A stretch of 58,994 bases of DNA, counting the filler, from Jimgerdemannia flammicorona (Eukaryota), in the NCBI GenBank assembly GCA_003990765.1. It is 2 parts of 2 records of this genome, joined end to end, with 100 filler letters (N's around TTAATTAATTAA, not from the genome) between each part and the next. Parts side by side here need not be neighbours in the genome. Positions count along the whole stretch, not along the records: positions 1 to 29,466 come from RBNJ01000498.1; 1 more part is not named here. One strand, 5' to 3'. A program made the translations under genes and the position numbers. Under the pieces are notes generated by a model. The model was not told where the DNA came from. It did not search any database and worked only from the letters and a program-made list of their open reading frames with translations. Below, piece after piece: positions 1 to 10,465 of this stretch (position 1 is its first letter; the number at the start of each line of letters is the position of its first letter).

Positions 1-184
1 CCCCCCTCTACATCTTTATGATTGAATGCTACTTTACCATCTCTCACTACAACTCTCCCCCCACTCGGCCCACATATCTTCTCTACCAGATGGTGATGAC
101 AACCTCCTTGCAGACCCCATTCCAGCCACCAACCCATCAAGACATCTACTATCAACTCTTTCCATCTCAGTAATTGCTCACCCA

Positions 185-1222
185 CGGTCCTCCCAACACC
201 ATTCCACAACCCCGAAAGCCATTATGACTACCGCGGCGAGACCCACTTTCGATCCCGCCCGAGGCAAAGATAACAAGGGTCCAACCCTTCAGTATAGTAA
301 CCGTGACCTCGCTGCCCACACCAAGCTCAAATTCAGACAACCTGGCCAAGGCATTTCGGACGAGATCGGTGACCGGGAGCGGCTCAAGGATGAGCTCCGT
401 AAAGCCGAGCGCGAGCATTTTGAGCAGGTCTCCAAGGAGAAGGGAGAGTATGTCCCTAGGTCAGCGTTGAAGGAAGGAGAGGAGGATGAAGACATGGAAC
501 CGGCTTTGAAGCGGAGGAGATTAATGGAGGAGGCGACGAAGGCGGCTTGGTTGGATAAGGACGATAGTGATGACGACGATGAAGAAAGCGATAGTGATGA
601 AGATGACGATGGAGATGACACGGCAGAACTGCTACGAGAGCTCGCAAAGATCAAGCAAGAACGAGCGGAGGAAAAAGAGCAGCAGGAACGTGAAAAGCAA
701 GCGGAGGAGGACGCCAAGCGCGCACAAGATATCCTGACGGGCAACCCACTATTGAATCTCGGAGATGGAGCGAAGATGAATTTCAACGTCAAAAACCAGG
801 CGCGCGGGGTGGACGAGAGGCCCAAGAAGCGGTTCGTCAACGATACATTGCGGTCCGATTTCCACAAACGATTTTTGGGCAAATTCATCAAATAGATGAC
901 AGGGCGTGGTTGTTAAGGATTGTAATGCTTCGTGGAGTGGTAGTATTAGATATTATACTTCGGTGGGTGTGAATTGTTGGTATTGCTTAGATTTGGATTT
1001 TGCCCTCGTTTTTTTTTTTTTTTTTCGTAAACGCACGAACAGTTTTCCATCTATCTATTTACTATTGCGGCAAAATGGTCTCTGTATTATTAGAAGAAAT
1101 ACATGAAAATAATGGCACTGGGTTCGCGCCAAGTCCATTGATACAAGTGCTCGCAGAAGTGTCAGATTAGGTAGGAGTAAAAATCAATGCACACTGATAA
1201 ATCTCGTGAAAAAAAAAAAAAA
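185..1222 (+). pseudogene. CWC15: Processed (retrotransposed) copy of a CWC15 mRNA: 5'UTR + intronless CDS + 3'UTR + polyA
   Basis: Exact 16-bp direct repeat AGTAATTGCTCACCCA at 169-184 and 1223-1238, an A-run at 1209-1223, no introns, and insertion inside a LINE. Confidence 0.88.
224..895 (+). CDS. CWC15: Pre-mRNA splicing factor Cwc15/Cwf15 ORF of the retrocopy; open frame but lacks the RRWDDDVVFK motif
   Basis: N-terminus MTTAARPTFDPARG...DLAAHTKLKFRQ, an acidic tract, ELLRELAKIKQER, GNPLLN, and C-terminus KNQARG...FVNDTLRSDFHKRFLGKFIK. Confidence 0.9.
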   Translation: MTTAARPTFDPARGKDNKGPTLQYSNRDLAAHTKLKFRQPGQGISDEIGDRERLKDELRKAEREHFEQVSKEKGEYVPRSALKEGEEDEDMEPALKRRRLMEEATKAAWLDKDDSDDDDEESDSDEDDDGDDTAELLRELAKIKQERAEEKEQQEREKQAEEDAKRAQDILTGNPLLNLGDGAKMNFNVKNQARGVDERPKKRFVNDTLRSDFHKRFLGKFIK

Positions 1223-3818
1223 AGTAATTGCTCACCCAAACTCAGCTCCTCAAAAACAAACAACCAGTGTCCAGCCAATCTCACCCATACAGCCAATATC
1301 CACCCAATAGTGAGCCACTCATTCCCAACCCCACCCACTAATCTATCTCTCAAATTCTCCTAGCAACCCCTCTCATCATCCCTCCTCCTCACAATATCCA
1401 ATCTATCTCCAACTACTAATCAAAAGTCTCCAAGTATATACTTTGCACTATTTCAGCCAATGTTCTGGTATCTGCACAAACCCCCCCTCCTGTCCTATAT
1501 TATAGCACTCCTTACAGTCAAATTATCCCTCTTCCACAAGATGGCCCAAATGAAAGTTGAGTATGATATTCCTCCTCAACAAGTACCACTATACTACTTA
1601 GATCTTAGGTGGTATCCAGCACCACACCTCAGCACTCCAGATCCAGACTCTATCCCAGTCTCACCCTTTATCAATATCTGCCATCTGTCAGCCACTAGGT
1701 CATACATCCTGTTCTAACCCTCTCTGGTACTCTACTCTATTACCAATATCAAAGTCAAGTAGTAGAATATTCTCTAACAATACTAGATCTCATCTTCATA
1801 TCACTGGACTCTATAGCATCTCCCCCTCAGCTCTCTGCCAGTAAAGTTCAATACAGTACACCTCATCAACCACTTCTTATCAGAAGTCTCTATATCACAT
1901 ATGCTCACTATTTCTAATTCCAACCAAAGTCAATAAATTCCCTGAGGATCCTTTTGGTGAAAATCTCATCTCTCAGACCTTTTGTATCAGAGGAACCCAG
2001 CTACCTCCTCTCAGTTTTACAGCCCTCTTCAGCCACCATGCTCTCAGATAGTACAGTCTCTTCAGAAAGTCAACTAGTCTAAGACCACCTCTATCTACTA
2101 GCAATGATAGTATTTCCTAGCTAATCTGACTCTGTCTCTCAGCCCAGATCTATTTCTTGGCTAGCTTCAATAGTCTCTTTACTACCTAGGTTGGAAAGTC
2201 CAAATGATATACTAAATATTATAGTTTTGAAAGCCAGTAGATATTCAAGATTAAAATGTAGTCTACCAAAGAGATGTGACAGCTGCCCCAGCTCTGTAGG
2301 GCCTCTCTTCAAATAACTACTTACTGCTCCCACCAAGTCCTAGAGAGGACTGATCCATAGACTGAAAGAAAAATACCCAAATATCTCACAGTATCTCTAG
2401 TAAGAATAAATGTTCCAATGATATCCCCTCCTATCAGACCATTGCTCAATATTATTATTTCACACTTGCACTAGTTGAGTTTTACCCCAGAGTATACCTC
2501 ATACTACTCTACTATTTCCTTAAGAGTCTCTATATCTACAATTGATCTAAGGCCAATCACTATATCATCTGCAAAGACCCCAATCTTCCAGACAATTCCA
2601 AATACAGAGAGCCTAACTACCTTATAACAAACCTATCTATCAATGGCTCTAAAGATAGAGTATACAAAATAGATAACAGTGAGTCACTCTGAGGAATACC
2701 TCTATCTAGAGAAAATATTACCCCCTGATGGCTATTATATATAAGCACTACTCTACTCTCTTTCAGTAGGCTGATCATTGATACTTGGAACTATGGAGAG
2801 ACTCTAATCCTATCTAGCACCTTCATTAGCCAGACCCATTAGATATGATCATAGGCCTTCTTCTAATCCAGAAAGACCAATCTCTCATCCAGCCTACAGG
2901 CTCAAGCCCCTTCAATGATGTCATGAACCCAAGCTATACCATTCTGAACCAATGAAACCCCATTGCTCCTCACCTAATATTTGCTGGGCCACTCTCTATA
3001 GTCTTGCAATAATCACCTTGGTGACCATCTTCCTATCCATATCCAGGAGCATGATTGGTCACCAGTTCTTTCAATCCTCCCTCCTGCCCTTGTCCTTATA
3101 CAACAACACCACCAGCCCCAGATCCTGGCCTCCCACCCACTTCTCTGACTGAAGTACCAAGTCACAAAGTGCTGTCATCAGGAATTGAACAAATGACTGA
3201 ACTTCGCCGCTCGGGAAGGTTGAAGTCAATGGCAAAACAAGCAATGAAATTAAAGGAAGAACAAAAGAAAAAACCTTATCTGGAGGCTAAACCTAAGGGG
3301 GCTAGCAAAGCTACCAAGGCTAATAGGAGGAAGAAACAAATAACGGATATGGATCATATGGATGAGGCTGAGGGTAGTGATTTTTAAAATATTCAGTTTA
3401 GTATATATCTAAGATTATGTATCCAATTTTTATAACGGGCAATCCAGTTAGATTGAGTATAAAAAAAAAAAAAAAAAAATGGTTACAAAGGAAGCTGGGA
3501 TTGGTATATATATATATAAGAATTTTTTTTGCGAGTCCAGAACTACGTCGCCACATCATTCTATTTGCACTTTATCGCTATCAATTTTTGGGCTCGACCT
3601 TCGGGCGATAGGTGAATCAAAGCAGAAATGACCTATCCAGTGATAGGTGGAGAAATGGCATTTATCAACTCGAATATTTAACCTCTTCACCGTAACTTGA
3701 TAAACAGACATGTCATGAAGTTGACATCTTTCCAATCGAGGACTAGACTGCTCGTATACTGAATTTCGATATCCTACAAGGCCAGCAGGGAAATTTCTAA
3801 TAATCCAAAGGGATTATC

Positions 3819-4097
3819 CTAGATCGCATTAAGATCTATCATTATTCGAGCAATCCTGGCACACCAATTGTAACTGGCAATAGCCATTGCCTGGCAGATT
3901 ATATAAATAAATCTCGCTACCACCTTGGGGGTTTCCAAAAAAAATTGAATTCCCGATTTATCAAAATGGCCTTGCGCGATAACAAACCATTTGTGGCACA
4001 CTAACAAAATCGAAATGAGATTGGTAAAAAGATCCCCTACAACATAAGTGTGTCCAAAAATGCAATACAGAACTTCGGGTGGCAAATTGATGGCCAT
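3819..4097 (-). pseudogene. F-box protein fragment
   Basis: Starts MAINLPPEVLYCIF...ILLVCHKWFVIA (F-box pattern LPxE...LVCKxW); the frame stops after 92 aa. Confidence 0.55.
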
Positions 4098-4587
4098 TTT
4101 TTCTAAGGTGTTACTTGTTCGGATCGAGGGGTATTTATTACTTGATCAGAAGATTTTCTGGAACCTTAAAGATAATTAGAATTCGCGATTATTCGCGATT
4201 TTCACGACTTGGTTAGGTCCAAACGGTTAAAAAAACTTCCGACAATATGATCCAGATGATCCATAGTACAGAAGGAAATCAATTAGTTATCCATGGTAGA
4301 CGCGACCGGTTCAATACAATATGATCCATGATGATCCATAGACCACAAAGAGGATTTAAAACCACCATCTAGCCAGAGCCCGAAAACAACCTTCGGTCTC
4401 ATTTGGGTTCTCCTTCGCGATTATTCAAAAAAGATGTTGTTGCCTACTATTTCGAATGTGGATAGAATAATAGTTGAAAACACTCTCAGATACAAATAAT
4501 TGGATACAGATAGAGATACAAGTGAAATACAAATATCATCCGATACAGTTAACATGCCACTAGATATAAAGTACCAGCATCATATTC

Positions 4588-6891
4588 CTAATCTTCATGT
4601 AATACAACCTCTTTCACGTTATTTCTTTTCTGTTGTTTCCGTATTTGCAAGAATTTGGCTACGCTGACAAAGGTTGTAGCAAAAGCTATAACCGGCACAC
4701 ACCACATATAGGAAACGATCTGGATGAAAAAAAAAAAAAAAAAAATGATAATTAGAAAAACGATAATCCTGAACGAACGAAATAATAAATGTCTGAAACG
4801 AAACCTTCTAAAAAAAAAAAAAAACTTACGTCAAGCAAGGTAATTACATCAGGCACATCCGGTTCGGCGCTGCGGATAGCAGGAAGTGCAAACATCACGG
4901 CAGCGGCGGCGGCTATATATCCCACATCGATATCATGTACCTGTTATTCGGGATGTTGATGTTTTCCGATTTTGAGTGATTAAGTTGGACATCACGTCAA
5001 TTTTTGGAAGTGAAAATAATGTGTGGTAAACAATTTATAACTTACATCTGATGCTGCCATAATTACCAGCATCCATGACAATTGCAATGGAAACAGCAAT
5101 TGCTTTGATCATATTGCTCTTTTCAGCAATTGTATCCACGAAAAACCCACTGGCGGGACCATCTGTGTAATTATAAATATTGTACCGAACAAAGGTAAAT
5201 GGACTAGTTCCTAATACTATCAGGTTGAAGGGGATATATGTGTGATTGTCGTACCATGCTGCTATTTTTAAACGAGAAGAGCATTTCATAAAGGGGTAAT
5301 AAAATATATCACAATTGAGAAAAGGAATTTCTTTCACATCGATGGGGTTAAAGGAATTCGTTCTTGTTATAAGTATAAAAAGTTCCGTCAACATAAAGTT
5401 TGAATGGTTGTTCAACAGATTTTGTGAAAAAATCGTTGACATCAGCTGGTGGAGAAAACTGGATCGAATATGAGACAAACACGGGGATTCTGTGAAAAGT
5501 TGAAGAGACTCAGCTTTTATTTTTATTTTTTTATTTTTTTCATTCGCTGGAAAAATGAAATAGAATTAGAGGAACTTACATTGAAGTTATAGTTATCTTT
5601 GCGAAGTTCGGAAACACATGGAAGGGATCGTGGGAGCCATCAGGGGCTAATTCCATAATCGAACCTGATTCCATGATCGAAGCTGTCTCTGTAATTGCTA
5701 TTGCTTCAACGAGAGCGATTACAATCATTGAAAGAATTACACCAACACAATATCCTAGGAAACGCCCTGGTACGTGAAGAGATGTTAATTTGAATATTAG
5801 AAGAAAGATCTATTATCTTGGTTATTATCAGGTTTCTTTGGTTGATTTGTAGATCTTATCCATATTATACACAATATATAATATTGATTACCTTGGAACA
5901 GGGATCGACTGCCAGTTTCTGTTTGGGCTCCAATTTGGGTTTCATTATTAGCTGCGTTTTGTATCTCTGCGTCCGTGATAGTGCTTTCCACGGGAGGGGT
6001 ACTGACTTGGGCAATGACTGTGAGAAGGGCGATGATGAGGGTGACAGAAATGACCCAAGTAAGGACTGCGGTGAAGGTCAACACAAATCTGAGGTTGTCC
6101 GAATAGTCGAAGGAGGTAGCGGCGACGGCGACGATGGCAGTGGTGTAGGCTAGCCACATGACAGCGAAGATGAGGAAGACGACGAGATGCAATATGCCAG
6201 GAGCGGATTCGGAGCTATGAGCGCCAATGCCGTACTTCCACCCGAAGCTGGATACAACAGTAGTTATGGCAGAGAGAATAGCGAGGCAGACAAATAGTAT
6301 TTGTAAGTCGCTGATCTCATTATCATCTCTTCTGATCAGAATCATAATGATGCTGAGGATGAAGGTGGCAATTCCCAAGGAGCCGAGGACGAGGGTCCGA
6401 ATTCTAAAGTTATATGTTTGAAGGATGACCTCAAGAGAGGCAATGCCAAATTTCGCGGGAGGAGGAGGACTCGTGATATTTCGCGAAGAGTGTTTCTGAC
6501 CTTGGGCAGTGACTATGAGAACGATGAGGGTGACAAAGATGGCCCAAGCGAGGACATCGGTCAAGTACACCAAGGGCGGGATCTCGCAGTTGATGCAGCG
6601 GACGTCGGCGGCGTTGATGGTGGCGGCGATGGTGGCGGCGAGGAAGACAAGATGTAATATGCCAGGAGCGGATTCGGAGCTATGAGCATTTCTCCACACG
6701 AGGCTGGGTACAACAACAGTGGTGGTGGCGGCAGAGAGAATAGCGAAAGAGACAAATTGGAGGAAATTGATATAGTCCATCATCCCTCTCAAGTCCATCC
6801 CACTCAAGTAAATGACGCTCGCGACAAAGGTGGCGACCCCCAAGAAGGCGAGGATGGCCTGTGTTCTAAAGTGGATGGCCTCAAAATTCAT
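4588..6891 (-). pseudogene. Multi-exon polytopic membrane protein: duplicated N-terminal TM block plus a DUF4436-like C-terminus with frameshifts
   Basis: A 364-aa hydrophobic ORF (5797-6891) has a GTAATC donor at ~5891. Downstream GT-AG exons lie at ~5748-5580, ~5490-5045, ~4940-4830 (AVMFALPAIRSAEPDVP, DUF4436-like) and ~4719-4588. Frameshifts are needed near 5075 and 4692. Confidence 0.55.
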
Positions 6892-7315
6892 GATATTTCA
6901 CTTCACTTGTGAGTTGAATGGTGACTTGGAGTGTCATATATATATATGGCAGGGGGGAAGCTAACGATTTGAATGGGGCGGGGTCACAGACCCGAGCTGT
7001 CCACTTCAAAATTCTTATCTTAGTCCCAACTTTTAACCCAAGCCTAACAGCAAAGAAATTCTCCAGCTATATACAAGTAATAGAAACCTGCATTGAATGG
7101 CATGTTTATGTCCCCCACGGTTTCATTGAAGGATGCGTAATACTGGATTAAAATGAGATGAATTTTATTAGCTGGCTTAAAAATAAAAACAAATTTCTTT
7201 TAAAACAGAACTATACTCCATACTTACAATGGTTACTGCAAATGTTAGCTCTCAGATTCCCAAAGTAGTAATTTGGCAGTATGTGGCCAAACTCATAGAC
7301 TTTTTGGGTGCGGAC

Positions 7316-8106
7316 TGTAATAGAACGAACGAGCGACGCGACGAGCGATCACGCGACGAGCGATCACGTGACCCGGCGATGACGTCATCATACGATCGAG
7401 CGCGACATACGATATTACGAACGACGAATGTAACAAACGATGCGAACGACGCGAAAAACGATATCCAGTTTACCCCCAGCAATCAGCGCTGCAGCAACTA
7501 TTGCCACAGCAGCTGATCATTGCCTAGTAATTAAGGTCCTGATCACAAAGTGTTTTTTGCCACAAACCACCTGACAAAGGTCGTAATCACAAACCTCACT
7601 ATAGTTACCAAATTAGTCACTTATACTTAGTCAGAAATCATAGACCAACTTGTATAAATACCCCCCAGTTTCCATCCAAAATAAAGCAGTTTAGTTCAGT
7701 TTTTGATACAAGAATCAAGTCCCCCCCCACATACACACACATTTCCCTGAGTCTTAGTTATGACACCTAAGTGACTCTAGTATTTCTGACTAAACTCCAG
7801 AAGCCTAGCTAACTTCTGCCAGAACTGAGACTGGTATACAAATCACAAAAGACTTAAGTAAACCCATTGAACCTGAATTCCAAGGCAAATTCAGTTTGTG
7901 CACAGCAAAGAATAAGACCCTTGAAAGATAAGGCAAATAAGAAAGATCTTTAAAAGATAAGGCACTGCTACTATAACTACTTTCAAGTAAGCGCTTCCTC
8001 AAACTGAAGGCTTTTTGGTACACATTGTGTACTAAGTCCCTAAGTAATACTTTATTTCCCTAAGTATCCAAAAGATCAGAGAGGGATAGAAATAAAAGTT
8101 ATTATA
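7316..8106 (+). repeat. 5' LTR of the chromovirus
   Basis: Begins TGTAATAG, has TATAAATA at ~7653, and ends AATAAAAGTTATTATA (terminal CA mutated to TA). Colinear with 23440-24239. Confidence 0.92.
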
Positions 8107-8109
8107 ACT

Positions 8110-8118
8110 TGGTAGCAG
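8110..8118 (+). promoter_or_regulatory. Primer binding site, initiator tRNA-Met type
   Basis: TGGTAGCAG lies 3 nt after the 5' LTR and is complementary to the ...GCUACCA 3' end typical of initiator tRNA-Met. Confidence 0.7.
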
Positions 8119-10079
8119 TAGATTATCAAGTCAAGAAGACACTTCTGAGAAGTTAGAATAAGACCAACCTTAGACAGGAGTAACCCCCAGAACCAACTGT
8201 GGATTCCCTAGGATCAAACCCCCAAACCAGAGCCAGACAAGCCCTTGCCACATTAAGACCAGGTGGTACCAGGAAACCACAGACCCAGGGACCCATCAGC
8301 TTGTAATTGACTAAATATAAAAGGATCTATACCAGGCCTTTAGAACTTTCCACCCAGGACTTAGGAATATAGTTAGCCACTATAGGTTCTATGAACTTCT
8401 CTATGGCCACATTGGAACCACTAGAACTCCAGAATCTACTGCTATAGTTACTTAGGATTTTCTAGATTACATCTTACTCTCTGCTATAAGAGAAGTAGCT
8501 ACTGAGTGGATTACTTCTGATAGATATCATCACACTCCTACCAAGACCTCCTTCTACTATAGGCTAGTTGTATACTATGCCTTTACTATAACAAGGTATG
8601 AGAACAAGTAAGTAGGCCACCTATCTCCTATTATTAAATAAGAAGCAAGTCTATCTACTTAGCCAGAACTTGATATCCTCTTTGAAGGACCCAGTCAGTA
8701 TGAGGATACACTATCTCATCAGGAAAGAGAGTTGGATGAAGACTATATACTATACCAGTCTGATGATAGCCAATAAGGAATAACAGGCCTAGGAATTTAC
8801 CAAAGAACCACAGATCAAGAAGATCAGACCTCAGAACCAATCCAGCTACCTATATAGAGGTTTGGTTTATCCTCTCTCACAGGACTATTTGATCTGATAT
8901 TTGGGAATCAAGTAACCCTAAGTCATACAGCACCACAACCTCATCAGGCAGAATAATCTTTAAGAGAATCTACCCCTATAGATCCACTACCAATAGTCAA
9001 TATAATGGTAGATATCAATATTGCAGCACTGACTACCCAGCTAGTCATATAACAGGAATAGTAGGACAAATTGCTGAACAGAACAAACTAACCAAGACCT
9101 TGCAAATTCTAACATTTAGTGGAAAAAACAGCAATATTGAAATCTTCATTAATGCAGTTGATACAGATTACCAAGCAAACCAATGAAATAACAACTGAGT
9201 ATCTACAGGAATACTCACCAATAACCAGAACAATACTCTTTAACAGTGGTTTGCCACATCAGCAGTACAAGTGAAAATAGTAGTCACATTCTTTACTAAA
9301 ACAGTACCAAATTCTGATATATCTTAGAAGAATACCCAGTAATCTGGGAAGACTGCCCTCTAGTCAATAGACAAGTACTTACCAATAACAGACCAGGTTG
9401 AAATAACTATGAAGCAGGCCCAGGACTCAAGGCCCTGCTACTGACCAAATTCTGAAATACAGCCTATATATAAGAAACTTAGAATAAACTGGCCCAGATG
9501 AAGTTCTATAAGAATGATGAGAAGGATCTAGAAATCTTTGCCACTAGGATGGATGCTTATCTCAAAACCATTAGACTTATCTACTAGGAAAACAATTTGG
9601 CTATCAATGGTACTAGAGCCAACCATCTCTTTACAACTCTACCAGACTGGCTCACTCAGAAGATTAAAAAACAAGGCCTCCCCCAAGGATGCCCCCACTA
9701 CTCATAGTGCTTTGCCTAAGTACAAAGAAGAGCCCATGAAATTCTTGCTGTACAGGCTCCACAAAATCCAGAATACAAGAAGGATAACTAAGATAGGAGG
9801 AATCTCATCAGAAGGAATGATCAAAGGAATGATTAAAAGAATGATCAAAGGAACTAGCAAAACCCCAGAGGACCAAGACCTCCCACTGAGGATGAAAAGA
9901 AGTAGCTTCACAAAAAAGAATTGTGTTTTATCTACAAGAAGGCAGGACACATCTCAGTCAGATGCTCTGAGAAGAAAAACAGATCAAGTGAACCCAGTAA
10001 CCAGAACATTACTATTATTGAAGAAGGTCCAGGAAAGAAGAACTCTAAGAATATCAATAAAGTGTAGAAGATATGGTAC

Positions 10080-10465
10080 AAGACTACTATCTCCACTAAG
10101 ACTCATCTCACTGATATAGAATATGACCTCTATAGTAGTTAAAGACCTCACTATATCACAAAGTACTAATACTATAGTACAAATAGAGATTATAATACAA
10201 GCTTCCAAAGATATATATATCCACCTTACTGAGTAAAGCAGCCTGGCTAAAGAATTCAACATCAGGCTAGGAGGAGGAGTAGTTGACCAAGGATTTACTG
10301 GTGAAATCTATATCATCTTGTAAAATTTTGGAGATATCTCATTTGAAGTCAAAGCAGGCCAAAGAATTGTCTAAGCAATCATTAAAGATCCATCAAGATC
10401 TCACTATTGAAGAAGTCCCCAAGCTCTTTCAGACAGACTGGGACAAGAAAGGGTTTGGATCAACT
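10080..10465 (+). pseudogene. Retrotransposon-borne trimeric dUTPase domain
   Basis: All five motifs appear in order: DIEYDL (AGYDL-like), *SSLA (RSSLA), GVVDQGFTGEI, GQRIV* (GQRIAQ-like) and WDKKGFGST (RGxxGFGST). Confidence 0.85.

Larger units (their letters stand above)
1..3149 (-). mobile_element. Degenerate L1/Tx1-like LINE ORF2 fragment (RT to C-terminus), interrupted at 185-1222 by the CWC15 retrocopy
   Basis: Minus-strand translation gives LDxKKAYD, GIPQSDSL (degenerate QGDPL), FADD (~2565-2576) and the C-terminal RLVGGVGNEWLTIGWILAVWV, as in the other LINE copies. The reading continues from 1238 into 1-168 (GEQLL/RW). CpG is nearly absent. Confidence 0.9.

Noticed and set aside
26..223. 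N-terminal extension of the 289-aa ORF
   Set aside because: It is read-through from antisense LINE sequence and the 5'UTR; Cwc15 homology starts at ATG 224.
3150..3479. Basic/acidic ORF tail followed by polyA, as a second retrocopy
   Set aside because: No TSD was found and the protein is not recognisable.
7321..7380. Short repeats (GACGAGCGATCACG) as a CRISPR-like array
   Set aside because: They are tandem U3 repeats of the LTR without unique spacers, in a eukaryotic context with no cas genes.
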